DNA of 59,469 bases, filler included, from Sphacelaria rigidula (Eukaryota): assembly GCA_964200075.2 (NCBI GenBank). It is 4 parts of 4 records of this genome, joined end to end, with 100 filler letters (N's around TTAATTAATTAA, not from the genome) between each part and the next. Parts side by side here need not be neighbours in the genome. Positions count along the whole stretch, not along the records: positions 14,895 to 29,686 come from CAXNAA020002045.1; positions 29,787 to 44,578 come from CAXNAA020002046.1; 2 more parts are not named here. One strand, given 5' to 3'. Position numbers and translations under genes: made by a program. Shown here one piece after another: positions 26,072 to 38,100 of this stretch. Below the pieces are notes generated by a model, which was not told where the DNA came from, ran no database searches, and worked only from the letters and a program-made list of their open reading frames with translations. Numbering within the stretch: the stretch's first letter is position 1; each line of letters begins with the position of its first letter.

Positions 26072-26273
26072 ACGGGGTATAACACCCTCCGAGGTAAAGG
26101 GTCATATATCGATCTCCTTGAACGCCTGTGTGGCGATAAACAGGCTGTTTATTGCAGAAATTGGATTAAAATAGTGAAGTAAATCGATAAATCTAACCTC
26201 CAAGTGGTATATCGCCTTGTTCCTCGAGAATATCGAGAATGAACTTCTTCTTTTCATGGGTGTTATATCCCGT
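26072..26273. mobile_element. Small TIR element (MITE) upstream of the SSD gene
   Basis: ACGGGGTATAACACCC ... GGGTGTTATATCCCGT inverted repeat (15/16 match). Confidence 0.5.
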
Positions 26274-27589
26274 CACAAAACGGGTCTTACTTAGGACGGT
26301 AGCGGCAAATCTTCTTCTACGGCCAAAAGGTTGACGGAGAATGTAGCGGATGACATATTATTATTATACTTCGTGTATCATGTTCGTTCGAGGGCGCGGA
26401 ACGCTTCGCCTTTCACCTATGGTTCTTGGAACCAGCGACTTATTCAAGTACCGTACGTATATCACAACCACCGCCCGGAGATCGAGCAATGGCTCCAAAT
26501 AATCTGGAGAGTATCGGAATTGCAGTATGAGAGCATCATGCCGCCATATGCGTATGCGGTACCTGCGTGTCGTGTATGTACCCGGTGGAAGGTGAGTCAG
26601 GTCCGTGCTATCATAGAAATTGAATCTGGAGACAGACAGGGTTGCTATTATACAGGTATTTCCATAGTTTCACCAGTTTTGGTTCCTGCCACTGGTCGTT
26701 GCCGTGCAGCTCGGAGTGTGTGGAGGGCTCAGCGCCTTATATAACGACTATGAAGGGTTACGCTTGCGTACTGTACGGATACGCTAGCTCGCACAGAGCG
26801 GTGTCGCTGCCTTTGCCCCGCCCGGCTTGGCTCCAATTCTCACCGAGATATCGAGTTGGCATGAAAGAGTCGACTTGCGAGGACGAGGAAACTGCCCTGT
26901 AACTGGCCGGTACTAACAGTTGTAGCGTGCTCTATTTCAACAGAGACTTCTCGACTGACGAATCGGCACTAGAGAGGCTGAACAGCCGCGTTGCGGGATG
27001 TACACTCTACTACTCTTCTCCCAGTCCCATCGCTGTACGACCGTTTCCGCATGAAATGCGAGGCACACGCACAGGCCAAAGTTAAGTATCCACGGTTCGT
27101 GCGGCAACAATCGGGAAGTCCCATCATATATATATATATATATATACAGATACGGAATACTGCAGTTAGTTACAGCAGGGTAGTCCTTGCGCTCCACAAG
27201 CGCCTGGACACACGTCGGTATATTTTCTTGCTTTTTTTCTGTGAAAAACTCCTCTCGGCGTTCACCCTTAGACCGCGGTGCGAGCGAGGCGCCTTTACCC
27301 TTCTGTCGTAGTAAATGTACTTCAGTGTTTCGCCGGGATTTTTTTTTATTATAGCGAAATACACGCCTCCGCAGTGTCCGCGAGAAACGGTGGATGATGG
27401 CGAATATCCTAATTTCGCCCCGAGGTTCTGCACACCTTGTGCACGCAGCTGCGCACCTGAAATTATCGCCCCCAAGTCGGAGGAGTGAGTTCGAGGATGA
27501 TCGAGGTGTGTTTATATACTGACGCGCAGTTCCTCTCGCAAGTTGCATCGATAATGGTGTTGTCTGCTTGGCGCATTTGCAGAATCCAT

Positions 27590-27912
27590 CCAACCTGGGC
27601 GAACACCACCCCCCCACACGCGGCCATTTGGCTACCCCCCAAAATGCCTCCGGAGGGATGCGCGGTCCTCCAGAGGCAAAACAAGCCGCCGAAGGCCTTC
27701 AATCCCTCTGGAGAAAACCAAACACTACCGACCCGGAGGGCCGCACACCCCTCCAGATGAATTTGGGGGTATGCGCGGCAATCGAGGGGCAAAACACGCC
27801 TCCGGGAGCGGTTAATCCCTCCGGAGGAAACCAAAAAATCTCCTCTGGAAGGCCGCACACCCCTCCCGAGGCGTTTAATTTCTCCCGAGGCTCGAAAAGT
27901 TTCACACCCTGG
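27590..27912. repeat. GC-rich cluster of CCTCCGGAGG-like palindromic motifs, probably the interior of a DNA transposon
   Basis: Repeated CCTCCGGAGG / CCTCCAGAGG / CCTCTGGA motifs. Similar motifs occur inside the hAT-like elements at 8160-8250 and 58395-58455. Confidence 0.5.
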
Positions 27913-29686
27913 ATAATAGACGGCATCGATTGCAATAGCAATAGAAATTGCTACAGTAGACGCCAATATTGTCGTCCGTCATGGCCATCGATCGGCAAGT
28001 TTCCCCTTCTTTTGTCCTTGGCAATGTCTAACGATAGACCACTTTCCCACGATTTTGTCCAGGCTATTTGAATGCACGTAAATCCAGGCACTCCGGGAGG
28101 ACCTCCACAATGGCGCAGAGGGGGTCAATCGGGTAGAAGCCCGTAGGCAGAATCCTTGATGTATGTTTATTCATTGATGTATATTATATATTGACGAACT
28201 GGAACAGACTGGAACGCACTTGGACGAACACAACAACTGAATACTGTGGGGAAACCCAACCGCGCACATCGGCAAAACTCATCTCCCTTCCGAGCCATCA
28301 ATCACACGAGCGCAACAACATAACCACACATCCTATTATTGCGCCAAACACCATAATCTTACATGGACACACAGAGTACCATAATCGTGGTTGTTGCTAC
28401 ACACCACAAGCCACCGTGCCTACACCAGAAATTATCATGTGTCACATGAGAGATATTCTCATTTTCCGCCCAATTGAACCGTCGCAACCAGTACCTGCGC
28501 TTATTGATCGTTTATACCCGATCCTCTACCGAGGTACATACCCGATCCTCAACCGAGGTAGAAACATACTCCAGGCAAATCCAATCAACCATGTATATCA
28601 TACTTGAGTGTGAGTATATTCGATTAGCCCCCCTACTCTCGGGTCAAGTAATAATGAAAATTCATACTGGATATCAAGTGTCTCATTCTCGGAACGGATA
28701 ATATTATGGTACGTTCGTCAAACATGAACCCAACAGTAAGAACTGAAAATAAAAATTCAATCCCGTGAGAAAAATAATCCTCTCCAACTACACACATACT
28801 TCGCAAACCTTGATACTTTAGCAATCGAAAAAATCAAATCCTAAATATCTTCATTTCTTCGCCATTCTTCGATGCTCCGTTTCAAAAATCACTTCCGTCA
28901 GCCAGATAGAAAAACTCAATCTCGGGATAGCAATCTCAATTATCACCAGTTCCTCAATTTTGTATGAATGAAAAATCATGAAGATCAAGAAACAGTAGAC
29001 ACTCTTTTCAGGCTTCTCAATTCCCATGATGACATTTAAAAACAGACTCGGTTCTCCATCACATCTGTCAAATTTATGTCGTAAGCTTGGCACTCAGATC
29101 CTACTGCCTACGTGAAGTTCGATTTTACTAATCGCCTGCAACACGATCTACATTAGCCATGTCCCTACACTTATCATACACTTGCATGGTAAACCTGCAA
29201 TCATGCTGAAGCGAAAAATCATATCAGTGCTTTTTATTCCACCGCACACAAAACAATTCATCAATGAAAAACGAAAAAACAAAAACTGCGAATTGAAAAC
29301 TTGCAGTATCAGTAGTAATTGTACCGCCCGTGAGGTACAGAAAGGAACTAGAAATAAAAATACTAGAGGTACGCTCGAATAGAAAAATCCGTAGCATATC
29401 TACCTATTATAACACAAGAACACCAAAACTTGCTTCCGGAATCCTCTCGGCGTCCTCGAAAAAACCAAGACACGTCATCTCAAAACATCGCCAGCCCCCC
29501 TGATATCGACCGTCTATCAACCGCCTAGAATAGTTGAGATAGTCGACATCAGCGGACACCTGAAAGCTTGAATCTAATCATGTCATAACGCGAAAAACAT
29601 ATCCTCGAAATCTCGTTCACTTCACATACCCTGAAATAGTCGGAGAAGAACAAACTCCCAGCACATTCGCTCATTTCACAGCAATT

Positions 29687-29786
29687 NNNNNNNNNNNNNN
29701 NNNNNNNNNNNNNNNNNNNNNNNNNNNNNNTTAATTAATTAANNNNNNNNNNNNNNNNNNNNNNNNNNNNNNNNNNNNNNNNNNNN
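29687..29786. other. Artificial contig-joining spacer
   Basis: N44 + TTAATTAATTAA + N44. Confidence 0.97.
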
Positions 29787-29855
29787 GGGCGTACTCATTT
29801 GTTGCTTGCCTTAGTCGTTTGATCATTGACCACGCATCCCTTTCGAGACGGAGCA
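29787..29855 (-). mobile_element. LINE 3' tail fragment at contig start
   Basis: GGGCGTACTCATTTGTTGCTTGCCTTAGTCGTTTGATCATTGACCACGCATCCCTTTCGAGACGGAGC. Confidence 0.75.
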
Positions 29856-30986
29856 AGAACCAGCATGAACCGGGAGGGGGGGGTTACTCTTACTCTTCCA
29901 GGTTGGTTATGCCCTGCCATCCTCCTGTGCAAAAACATAACCATGTTGTAATGTTCGGTAGGATTTTAGGACGATGTGTTGTGCGTGTTGTCATCCCGTC
30001 TATATATTATGGACGCCAGTCTACACCTGTCGGTGTATGTGGGCGATTCAGCCGGGGTCACACAGGAGGAAGGACAACACAGGAACTCTTGATTTTTTAT
30101 TTGTTTTAGTTCTCCACCTTCCTCTTGCGGTGCTTGCCTTATTTTCGTATCGCGAGAGGGATTCAACAGTCTCTTTCCCTCGTCGACCGTGAAGTCGAAT
30201 GTTGTGAACCAACGACGCAATCGCTGTCCACCGTTGGGCATGGTATGAGAAAAAATCCCGGATCATGTGACGGCGCCGATATTCAAACCCACGATCCAAG
30301 CGTCAGAGGGTTTCGAGGTGAAGAACCGAAAACACTGATATTGCTACTGTTTTCTGTCCCTCTTTTGCACAAAGCCTGATATCTGACAACATGTACACTG
30401 ACAAAAATGCGTGTGAGCCCAGGTTCACTGACCCTTTGACCTCCCATATGTGTCCATCCGTCGAACCGGCACGATTTCAACTTATCTGTCGCATCGACGC
30501 AATTCCTACTTGAAAACTAACTTCTAAAGTCACGCGTCCACCTGCAGGCGCTCCGAGGGGTAAGCTGCTCATTTTGTCGCTTATAGGGGAGCTTGCAGCG
30601 GGAGCGCGCTGGGTGTGACAGGTGACAGAACCCAATACTCCGAATATACCGCATAGAGTGCAGGTCATCAGACAGTACCCGGTTGGGATATGTTCAGGTA
30701 TTGTTCCTGCGCATGTTTGCGCCAAATCTTGCCCGCTCTGAAGAGCGCGACACCAATTTCACAGGTTGCTGCAAGAACAAAAACGCAGCCTCGATAGAAA
30801 GCAAGCGCGGACACGCGCCAGCCGATCCTGTCTCTAAACGATATCTTCTGCTGCATACAACTTACCCCAGACTCACTAGCTATAGCCCGCCACAGCCAAC
30901 TCCGCATCAGGTGAAATAGAAAACACCTAATAAGGAATCTCGTTTTATTAGCCTCTCGCCATCCCTTGGCTCTGAACTTTACTGAC

Positions 30987-31433
30987 CTTGACCCTCAGAT
31001 CATCACTCCCGGTGATCCAAAATTTGCCGTCCGGCGTGGCCGTGACGGTGTTAACACACCCTCTATGCCCCTTAAGCAAGGGACCACTCAGCTTCAACCT
31101 GCGCAGGAAGCTTCCGTTTCTTCCCACTCCCTGCTGGAGGGCATCAGGGCTCCACGTACCGCAGGCGACCCGAGACACGAATCGCACGCGGCCATGCTTT
31201 TGCCTTGCACGTATGAGTTCATGGATATTCGTGGTGCGGGGTGCACCCGCTGCCTTTGCTGGGGCCAGAGCTGCAGCAGGCATCTTTTGGCCATTATTGT
31301 TGGAGCGAGGTCTTCGCCGCTGTCGCTTTCGCTTTGGCATGTTGCTACTCGATGAGGGAGGGCTATGGTGATCGCTGCTGTTATCAATGCTGGTGGTGCC
31401 AGAAGAGGCGACAGCAGCAGACGATATTTCCAT
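30987..31433 (-). CDS. First exon of a WD40-repeat protein, DCAF8/DCAF6/WDTC1-like (putative CUL4-DDB1 substrate receptor); rest missing
   Basis: ATG at 31433. The exon encodes a Ser-rich N-terminus, a basic NLS-like PKRKRQRRRP, then IHELIRARQ...FLRRLKLSGPLLKGHRGCVNTVTATPDGKFWITGSDDLRVK, ending at a GTCAGT donor at 30986. It resembles the first WD repeat of DCAF8-type proteins (L..LxGHxGCVNT...GSDDLxV). Downstream exons were not confidently found before the contig end at 29787. Confidence 0.8.
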
Positions 31434-31965
31434 GAGGCTCGAGTACGCTGCCCTGGGTTCAGCGTTATCCTTGGTTAGCTGCTGTCTACTGAGTGGTGTC
31501 AATATGATGTATCAGGGCATCCCTCGGCGGAGGGACTGTAAGGGGATAAGGGAAGCGGTGGTGAGGGAGGGGGGGGGGTATACAGTCAGTCAAAAGGGGG
31601 TATTGCCGTTTTGAATGTTGGACGGTCAGAACGTGTGATCGTTCAGGGTTAGATCGTTGGTTGGTGAATGGATCCCGAGAATAACTTCGCTGTGACCATT
31701 TTGACAGAAGCCCTCTTGAACGTATGCGATTATGTAGCAACAGATCATGTACTCTGTCTGTATCCATACGCAATGTCGTTGTGTATCGGGTGTGGTGTGC
31801 CATTGTACCATCGGTCGATGGTACTTTTCCATAGAAGCGCCTAAAAGAGGCATACCCCCCGAATTAATTAGAGGGGGGTGGGGGGTGCGGAGACCTGGGA
31901 GTAGCTTATCGACGGGTCACCACACCCTAATCAACAATATCCTGTACTGCAAATGTAATGATAGA

Positions 31966-32147
31966 CCAAGACTACTCAGAGTTGCTCAACCGCGAACCTC
32001 CATCCGGGGATGTGCTAGAGTGGACTTTTGCCACCAGTGTGCTAGCGGTTTGCACAGCATCGTTCTTGGTGGGCACACCCTTGGTGTGTCTTGCACTGTA
32101 CTATGCAATGGGCACTGAGGATAATCGCGGGGGTGTTGCCTTGAGGG
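31966..32147 (+). CDS. Possible exon of an unknown small membrane protein, divergent from the WD40 gene
   Basis: TAG acceptor, then an open frame QDYSELLNREPPSGDVLEWTFATSVLAVCTASFLVGTPLVCLALYYAMGTEDNRGGVALR with a hydrophobic helix, then a strong GTGAGT donor. No consistent full model could be built. Confidence 0.25.
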
Positions 32148-35100
32148 TGAGTTCATGAGTGCTCTGCCATCGCGCCTATTGACTCTATGGTAAAAAGCAG
32201 TAAAAATTGTTCGCTGGAGATGACTTCGATTTACCGACTACATCGCTCCACTCTGCTGTGCCCTACCATTGTTCTGTGTTGAAGATATAGACCACATGTC
32301 AAAGCCTATGGTATCTAGGCCCTGTGCCCCAGGTTTTCAGATACCGACCCATGGACTGCACCGTACCGTACTTGTAGCGATGGAAAGATCGCCCGCACCA
32401 GGCGTTACATTAGATAGTACATGGACGCACGACCAGGCAGCGACGCATGTTGTCACCAAAGATAGCCCCCAGCCGAGTTTATAGGTGTCGTGGGTGGTAA
32501 GGAGAGGGGATAAGCATATCATGTCGGACAAAATTCAAGTAGAGCAGTAATCCTTGGGAACGTTACCCAATAGTGTCTGCGGGGATAAGGTCATCTTAGG
32601 TACCACCCCCTAAGAACACAGGACACTGCGGAATCAACGAACTCGATCAACCAAAAAATAAGCGATATACGGATAATTGTGTGGGTACTCGTGCCTAGAG
32701 CGTTTCTAAAGGTACGACCTCAACGAACTCCAACTCACCATCACTGATTATAGCGCGCACAAATTGGCGATGAATGTCTCTTCAAAAGCACCAACACCGG
32801 ATATCGGTATTTGTACAAACTCGAAAGCCATTCTCCATTCTTCTCCTTGGAGACCCGATCGCAGACAACACACGCTATACGAAACTCAGCGCAACGCCTT
32901 TGCATATGCGAGTAGCACTTGCTAGCAGCCATCGTTCAGGCCAATACTGTGATCATACACGACGTAGATACGGCGATTTTCACTGCTCGTGCCTCCCTCT
33001 TTACCTCTAACTACCAATACATGGCAAGGATATATCGCAGCAGCTCTAAAGGCACCCGTGACTAGCGTTGTAGCTACACAGAGCATATTGAGATGTCTCA
33101 GTTGACTCCGTATCGTTAAAGATATGGTCAACTACGTGCACTGTGTTTGGGCTAGAAGATACGGTCGAAACTATCACTAAAAGCAATATGATATCAGAAG
33201 CACGGCGGTTTCGCAGCACATGGCGCCTGCTACCGCCTGCAGGCTCTCTTGACCTCGTACTACACTTGTGGTGTGCAGTTTAGCTGTGTCTTACACTTCA
33301 GGTGCGCATCATGTCATATTTATCTTCATTTGGAATTGATATCTGGCCGCCGCGCCCTGGTGGTGTAATGGTCCGACTGTCGCCATTAGGGTGGAGAGAA
33401 CGACGATCCGATTCCCGTTGTGTTTTTTTTTCTTCTTCGTAATGTCTGATTTCGGCGGTGGAAAGCGTGAGAACGGGAGTAAACAAAGTAGTCGACTGAG
33501 ATTGTTTGACTTAAGTTGACGCGGTGCGGGAGTGCTGACCCAATCCGCGACACCAAAATGCAAGGGGTGGACCGGGGGAGAAATGGGCTGATCCCTTGAA
33601 ACCACGGACTCATCCCGAGGAAGGGGAGGGGTTCAAAGTGCGACAAATAAATAATGATGAAAAAAATATTATGTTGACCAGTCTTTTCTTCGTGTTTGAA
33701 AGTCATCACAACACTGTACAATCGTTGCTTGATAGCGGTTGCAACTAAAGCCTAGTCAAGTACGCGTCGATGTCCCTATAGTTGTAAGGGAACCTGGGTT
33801 GTCCAACTTTTGTCCCGTATTTTTGTCTATAGCATGGATTAAATCACCGACAAAGATTCCCCATAGCATTCCATCATGGTTTGTAGATGACGTTCACAGT
33901 TTTCTCATTCGAATAGACTACATAGCGCTGGTGATTTCTTCATTTGTTCTAGGCACAGCGGTATCCCGTACGTGGCGGCCCAGGCTCAGGTCTTACCGCA
34001 GTCACGGTAGTAGAGGTTTCGAGCAAAATTTGCCGAAACGTCGTCAGATTTCAACCAAAGTGTTCAGCTGACAAGCTTGAACATTTATACGCACCCGCCT
34101 AACTTTTCCAATCTCATAGTGATGATTTTCGGGTTATTTTACTTGCATTGGGGACAGGAAGCGATATATTACGAGAGTAGAGGTCTATCGCAACACGATT
34201 GAGGTGGTCCACACGGAGGGTTACCAGAGAGAGTCAGGGGTGACGGTCAAAGCAATATGTTCAAAGGACAGCGTCCAGGAAAGATACACCTTGTCGAGGG
34301 TACAGCGGTCAGTGAGGCTTGATAATGGACTCGATTTCAGTTGTTTTTGCGGAGAAAGTCACGTCAGTTGGACTTCCTTCCTACTCATGAAGTGCAAAAG
34401 TTGAAGAAATTACACGGGATGGTGAGCACAGCCGCAACTTTACGGTTCATCCAGCGGAGCTGTTCTGTACCCTGAAGGGCACCAAACGACAAGCTAAAGT
34501 CACCCTTCTCCAACTTCTTCGCGCACTATACTTTGCCCACTTTTGTAATTTGATTTGGCCACTGCTCAAGCCGTTCGTGACTGCTGTCAATACAAATGAC
34601 TAAGGGATTCAACGTGAACAATCGTCTTCGTGAATATTATCATTTGTCGCGTTGGGCACTTACTTGATCGAAACACAGCAGACTGGTTGAATCTTCGACT
34701 TGCAAAATGTGATGTTTCTAAATTTCAAAGCCCGTGTCTTATGAGGATGGCAAAAATACGATCGACAAATGATCGCGATTCTTGATACGCCTTGTGATTG
34801 GTCCGAGATGGAGTAGCCAGCGGAGAGTCAATCTCAGGCAGTCGCTAATCATGTAGGTGGGTACTTCCGTTGACACAGTGATCGTGAACGCACCCACTTG
34901 GCTGTGGGATTATGCTCTGCCAGGTTTGCTGTGGACATAGAGTAAGACATTGAAGATGTAGCAGCATGTATTAGGCGTGGACCGACGGCAGTTTGCTGTA
35001 CGGTGCATGTCCCCAACGAAACAGCGAGATATTCACGCTACTCTCTCGCGCACCGCTCGGTGAGCTTTCGATTCTGTAGGGCAGCCCTGGAAATATCGTT

Positions 35101-38100
35101 AATACCTTTTGAACGACGAGGCACGTTCCCTGCACCGTACTAACCTGACATGTACAGTTGAGTTGATGTACTCCGTGACAATCGGGGCTAGTACCCACAA
35201 TCCTCGGGAGCGATCGTCACAAAAACCCGTTTCGCCCCAAAAATGTCCGGGAGGGGCTACGCATGCTGCTGTGTTAATCTCCACCATATCGCAGTTGCAC
35301 TAGGTTATTATTCAAGTAAAGGAGAAAATGGCCGCCTCAGCACGGTAGCACAGAAGAGCATCACAAAGGCATCTCCGCCAAAGTCTTTCAGAAAGCAGAC
35401 CCCGTGCGGAACTGGTTGGCCTGTGCAATTGACGTAGACTTTTGTGACAGCAGTCGAGGTGTACAGACGGGATGCCGATACGTCTTAATCGTCTGTCGGG
35501 GGCGACGCGATGGTACTTACACAGACAATGCCGGGTGCGTATGTACGTACTGCGGGATGCTGTCGTTCCATTTGCCAGCAATGCAAGCTGACGGATTGTT
35601 TGATGCAAGGAGCGGTTCCCTCAGGGCCTGCTAGCGCACTCTACAATTAGCAGTGATGTTTCGCTGTCTATATGCCACTGTACCGTGCCCTCACTGCTAC
35701 AGCAGGCTGCAGTGGATACAAGGGCATGCAGACAATGTAGACGCAAAAATATCGCGGACAGGAAACAAGAAGCAGTGACGATTTCTCGACCAATCCCAGC
35801 TCCATTTTTGCTTAGAACCTTGCCACTTGTGGCACCCTTTCCTCACTTAGCCAACACGCCTCACTACCCACTTTTGTTGCGCATTTACGCACTTCTACGA
35901 CGCATGGAACAGCAACACCCGGGCACCTACCTGCCTTGGTTGCCTTATGTTCCCGTGTAAATGTTCAAGCAAGTGTTCGGCTGCTATTGTAGCGCATGGC
36001 TGTAAATTCGCTTTTGCAAAAGTGTGTCAAAACCTCCCTTTGTTCCCCAAAACCCCGGTGGGGGAGGAGGGGGGGGGGGCGTTAGTTCCCGTGACAAGCG
36101 TCATGAGACCCTTGTCCATGAGGTGACCTGTTTGGTAGAATCGGCAGACATTCCGACAGCGCTGCAGGTACCACTCTGTCGGCGATTTCCATCCTAGTTA
36201 GGTTCTTCTCGAGTTTTGAAGTGGGTTCCGAAACTCAGCATCAAAGTGAAGAAGCCATCATTCTGGGAGGTGCAGGATTCGCGAGGCATCGCTTTCTGAC
36301 TCGACTGGTTGATAAGGCTTTCTTGTTATGGTAGAAGCAAGGGCTGAGTAGCGCAATACTAGTAGCTTGGCCGCATACGATGTTTTCCATTCGGTCGTGG
36401 ACCACGCCATGCTCACTTAATCTTCCCCGGGTAAACGTGTTTTTCATTTCGACCCGCGTGTTCATCATGCTTGCAAAAAATCCTAGCTCGTCGCCTCCCC
36501 CCCCCCCCCCCTCTTTCGTAATCGTAGCCCCCGTCGCACACGCTTCTCGGTCGTGCCTCGGCGCACAGGTACCAACCATGACTCGGCTCGGCATGGAGAC
36601 CCCTAGCCGCGAGATCTTCACGGCGGGGATACACATCGCTGCTATTTTCGCTGTGTCTCTCTTCTGGTGAGGTTGTTGTTCTGTCAACGCACGCGCCTCG
36701 TGTTTGTTGTGCCACAGACGAACGGTGTGTTGGATTGGTTCGGGGTAACTTGCTCTGCTTTTCCCCACCTCCCGTTGCGTGGAGTAGACGAGATGTGCAC
36801 AGAGAAAACGGCGTCTTATGTATATTCATACAACACAGTGCGTATGGCAATGTCCTGTGTTTTTTCGTGTGCCCACTAACATTGTTGTCAGCAGTGTGTT
36901 GGTATCTTTTGTCCAATATTTGTTCCTAAGCTGAGAATATTTCAAAAATACATGGGATCAAATCATGCAATTCCTCGCACAACACACTCCAGTGTAAACC
37001 CACGTCGAGCTTTTTTCTTGTTCCCGTCTAGTTTTCACGTGTCCATCCCTACTCTTGATACCATAGAACTAGATATTCCGTGAAGCTCTACTCCTAGATG
37101 CGCAATAGGACGCCCGAGAGTGAGGTGCACACATGTTCGACTTCTCCGGAGCATTCTCCAGGGCATTCCCGGCGACGGTGTTTGAAAAACGGTTGCACGA
37201 TACACGGTACTTGATGCCCTTGGTACTGCGTTCTCTTAAAATTACTGAGGAACGTGGCATAGTCTTTTCCACAACTACGTTATGGAACGGTACGATACGG
37301 GTCAAGACGACTGCGGTTACCGCGCCAGACGGATACGTGAGCACGCTATCGCAGTAATCCCAGCTGTCAGTATGACTTACGTACAACCGTGCCGTAGTGC
37401 AGTAAATGAAGTCAATGAATCAAGTGCGACTCTCGCGTGCGTACATAGTGAAGTCAGGAATAGCAGAGTTTCGGAAAAGCGCATGGATTTTTTGTCACTC
37501 TTACAGCGTACGAAAGTTTCGAAGTACTGAACGAAACGTCCGTAAACGCCCCGCAGAACAAACGCCAGCAGTTACGTGGGAGGACATTGCTTTGTTTACG
37601 AAGTGCTGATTTTTTCGCCTGTGTTCAGGCCACCTAGACCAGGACTGTACAGACCACACCTTGGATGATCGGTAGTGTAATAGTTTCCAGTAGTTGCAAG
37701 AGGGCGAAAGTGTACTGCAGACAGTGTTGAGCCTGTTGCCTATTGCCAATAGGCAACAGGTTCATGCTTTCGCAGCACAATTGTTTCCCCTACTGCAAGT
37801 CCCTCGCTAGCTATAGTTCAAGGTATGGTACAGTCACTGCGCGTTCAATTTGGCACTGCAGAAGCTCCCCAACAAGTACTGTGCCGGTGCAATGGCCTGG
37901 CACACATACGAAGTGCTGATGCGGGAAACGTGCAATACAAACAGTCAAAATGACACTTTGTAGCCCAAACCGATGTTTAATCGCTGATACGGTGACGGCG
38001 TTTTCAGTCATTTCGCGTCCAGTTCGTTTCCGGGTACAGACGGCACACAGCTGATACAGCTTGCCTTGCGCGATGATCTCATCTTTCCGCTGCTGCTCTA

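Noticed and set aside
26937-28071. Overlapping 226-aa and 167-aa ORFs
   Set aside because: They run through (TA)n and GC-rich repeat motifs; open frames on both strands reflect base composition.
30668-30735. IWRKHAQEQYLNISQPG as the next WD40 exon
   Set aside because: It would need a weak AAG acceptor and lacks the expected GH..NIF motif; not supportable.
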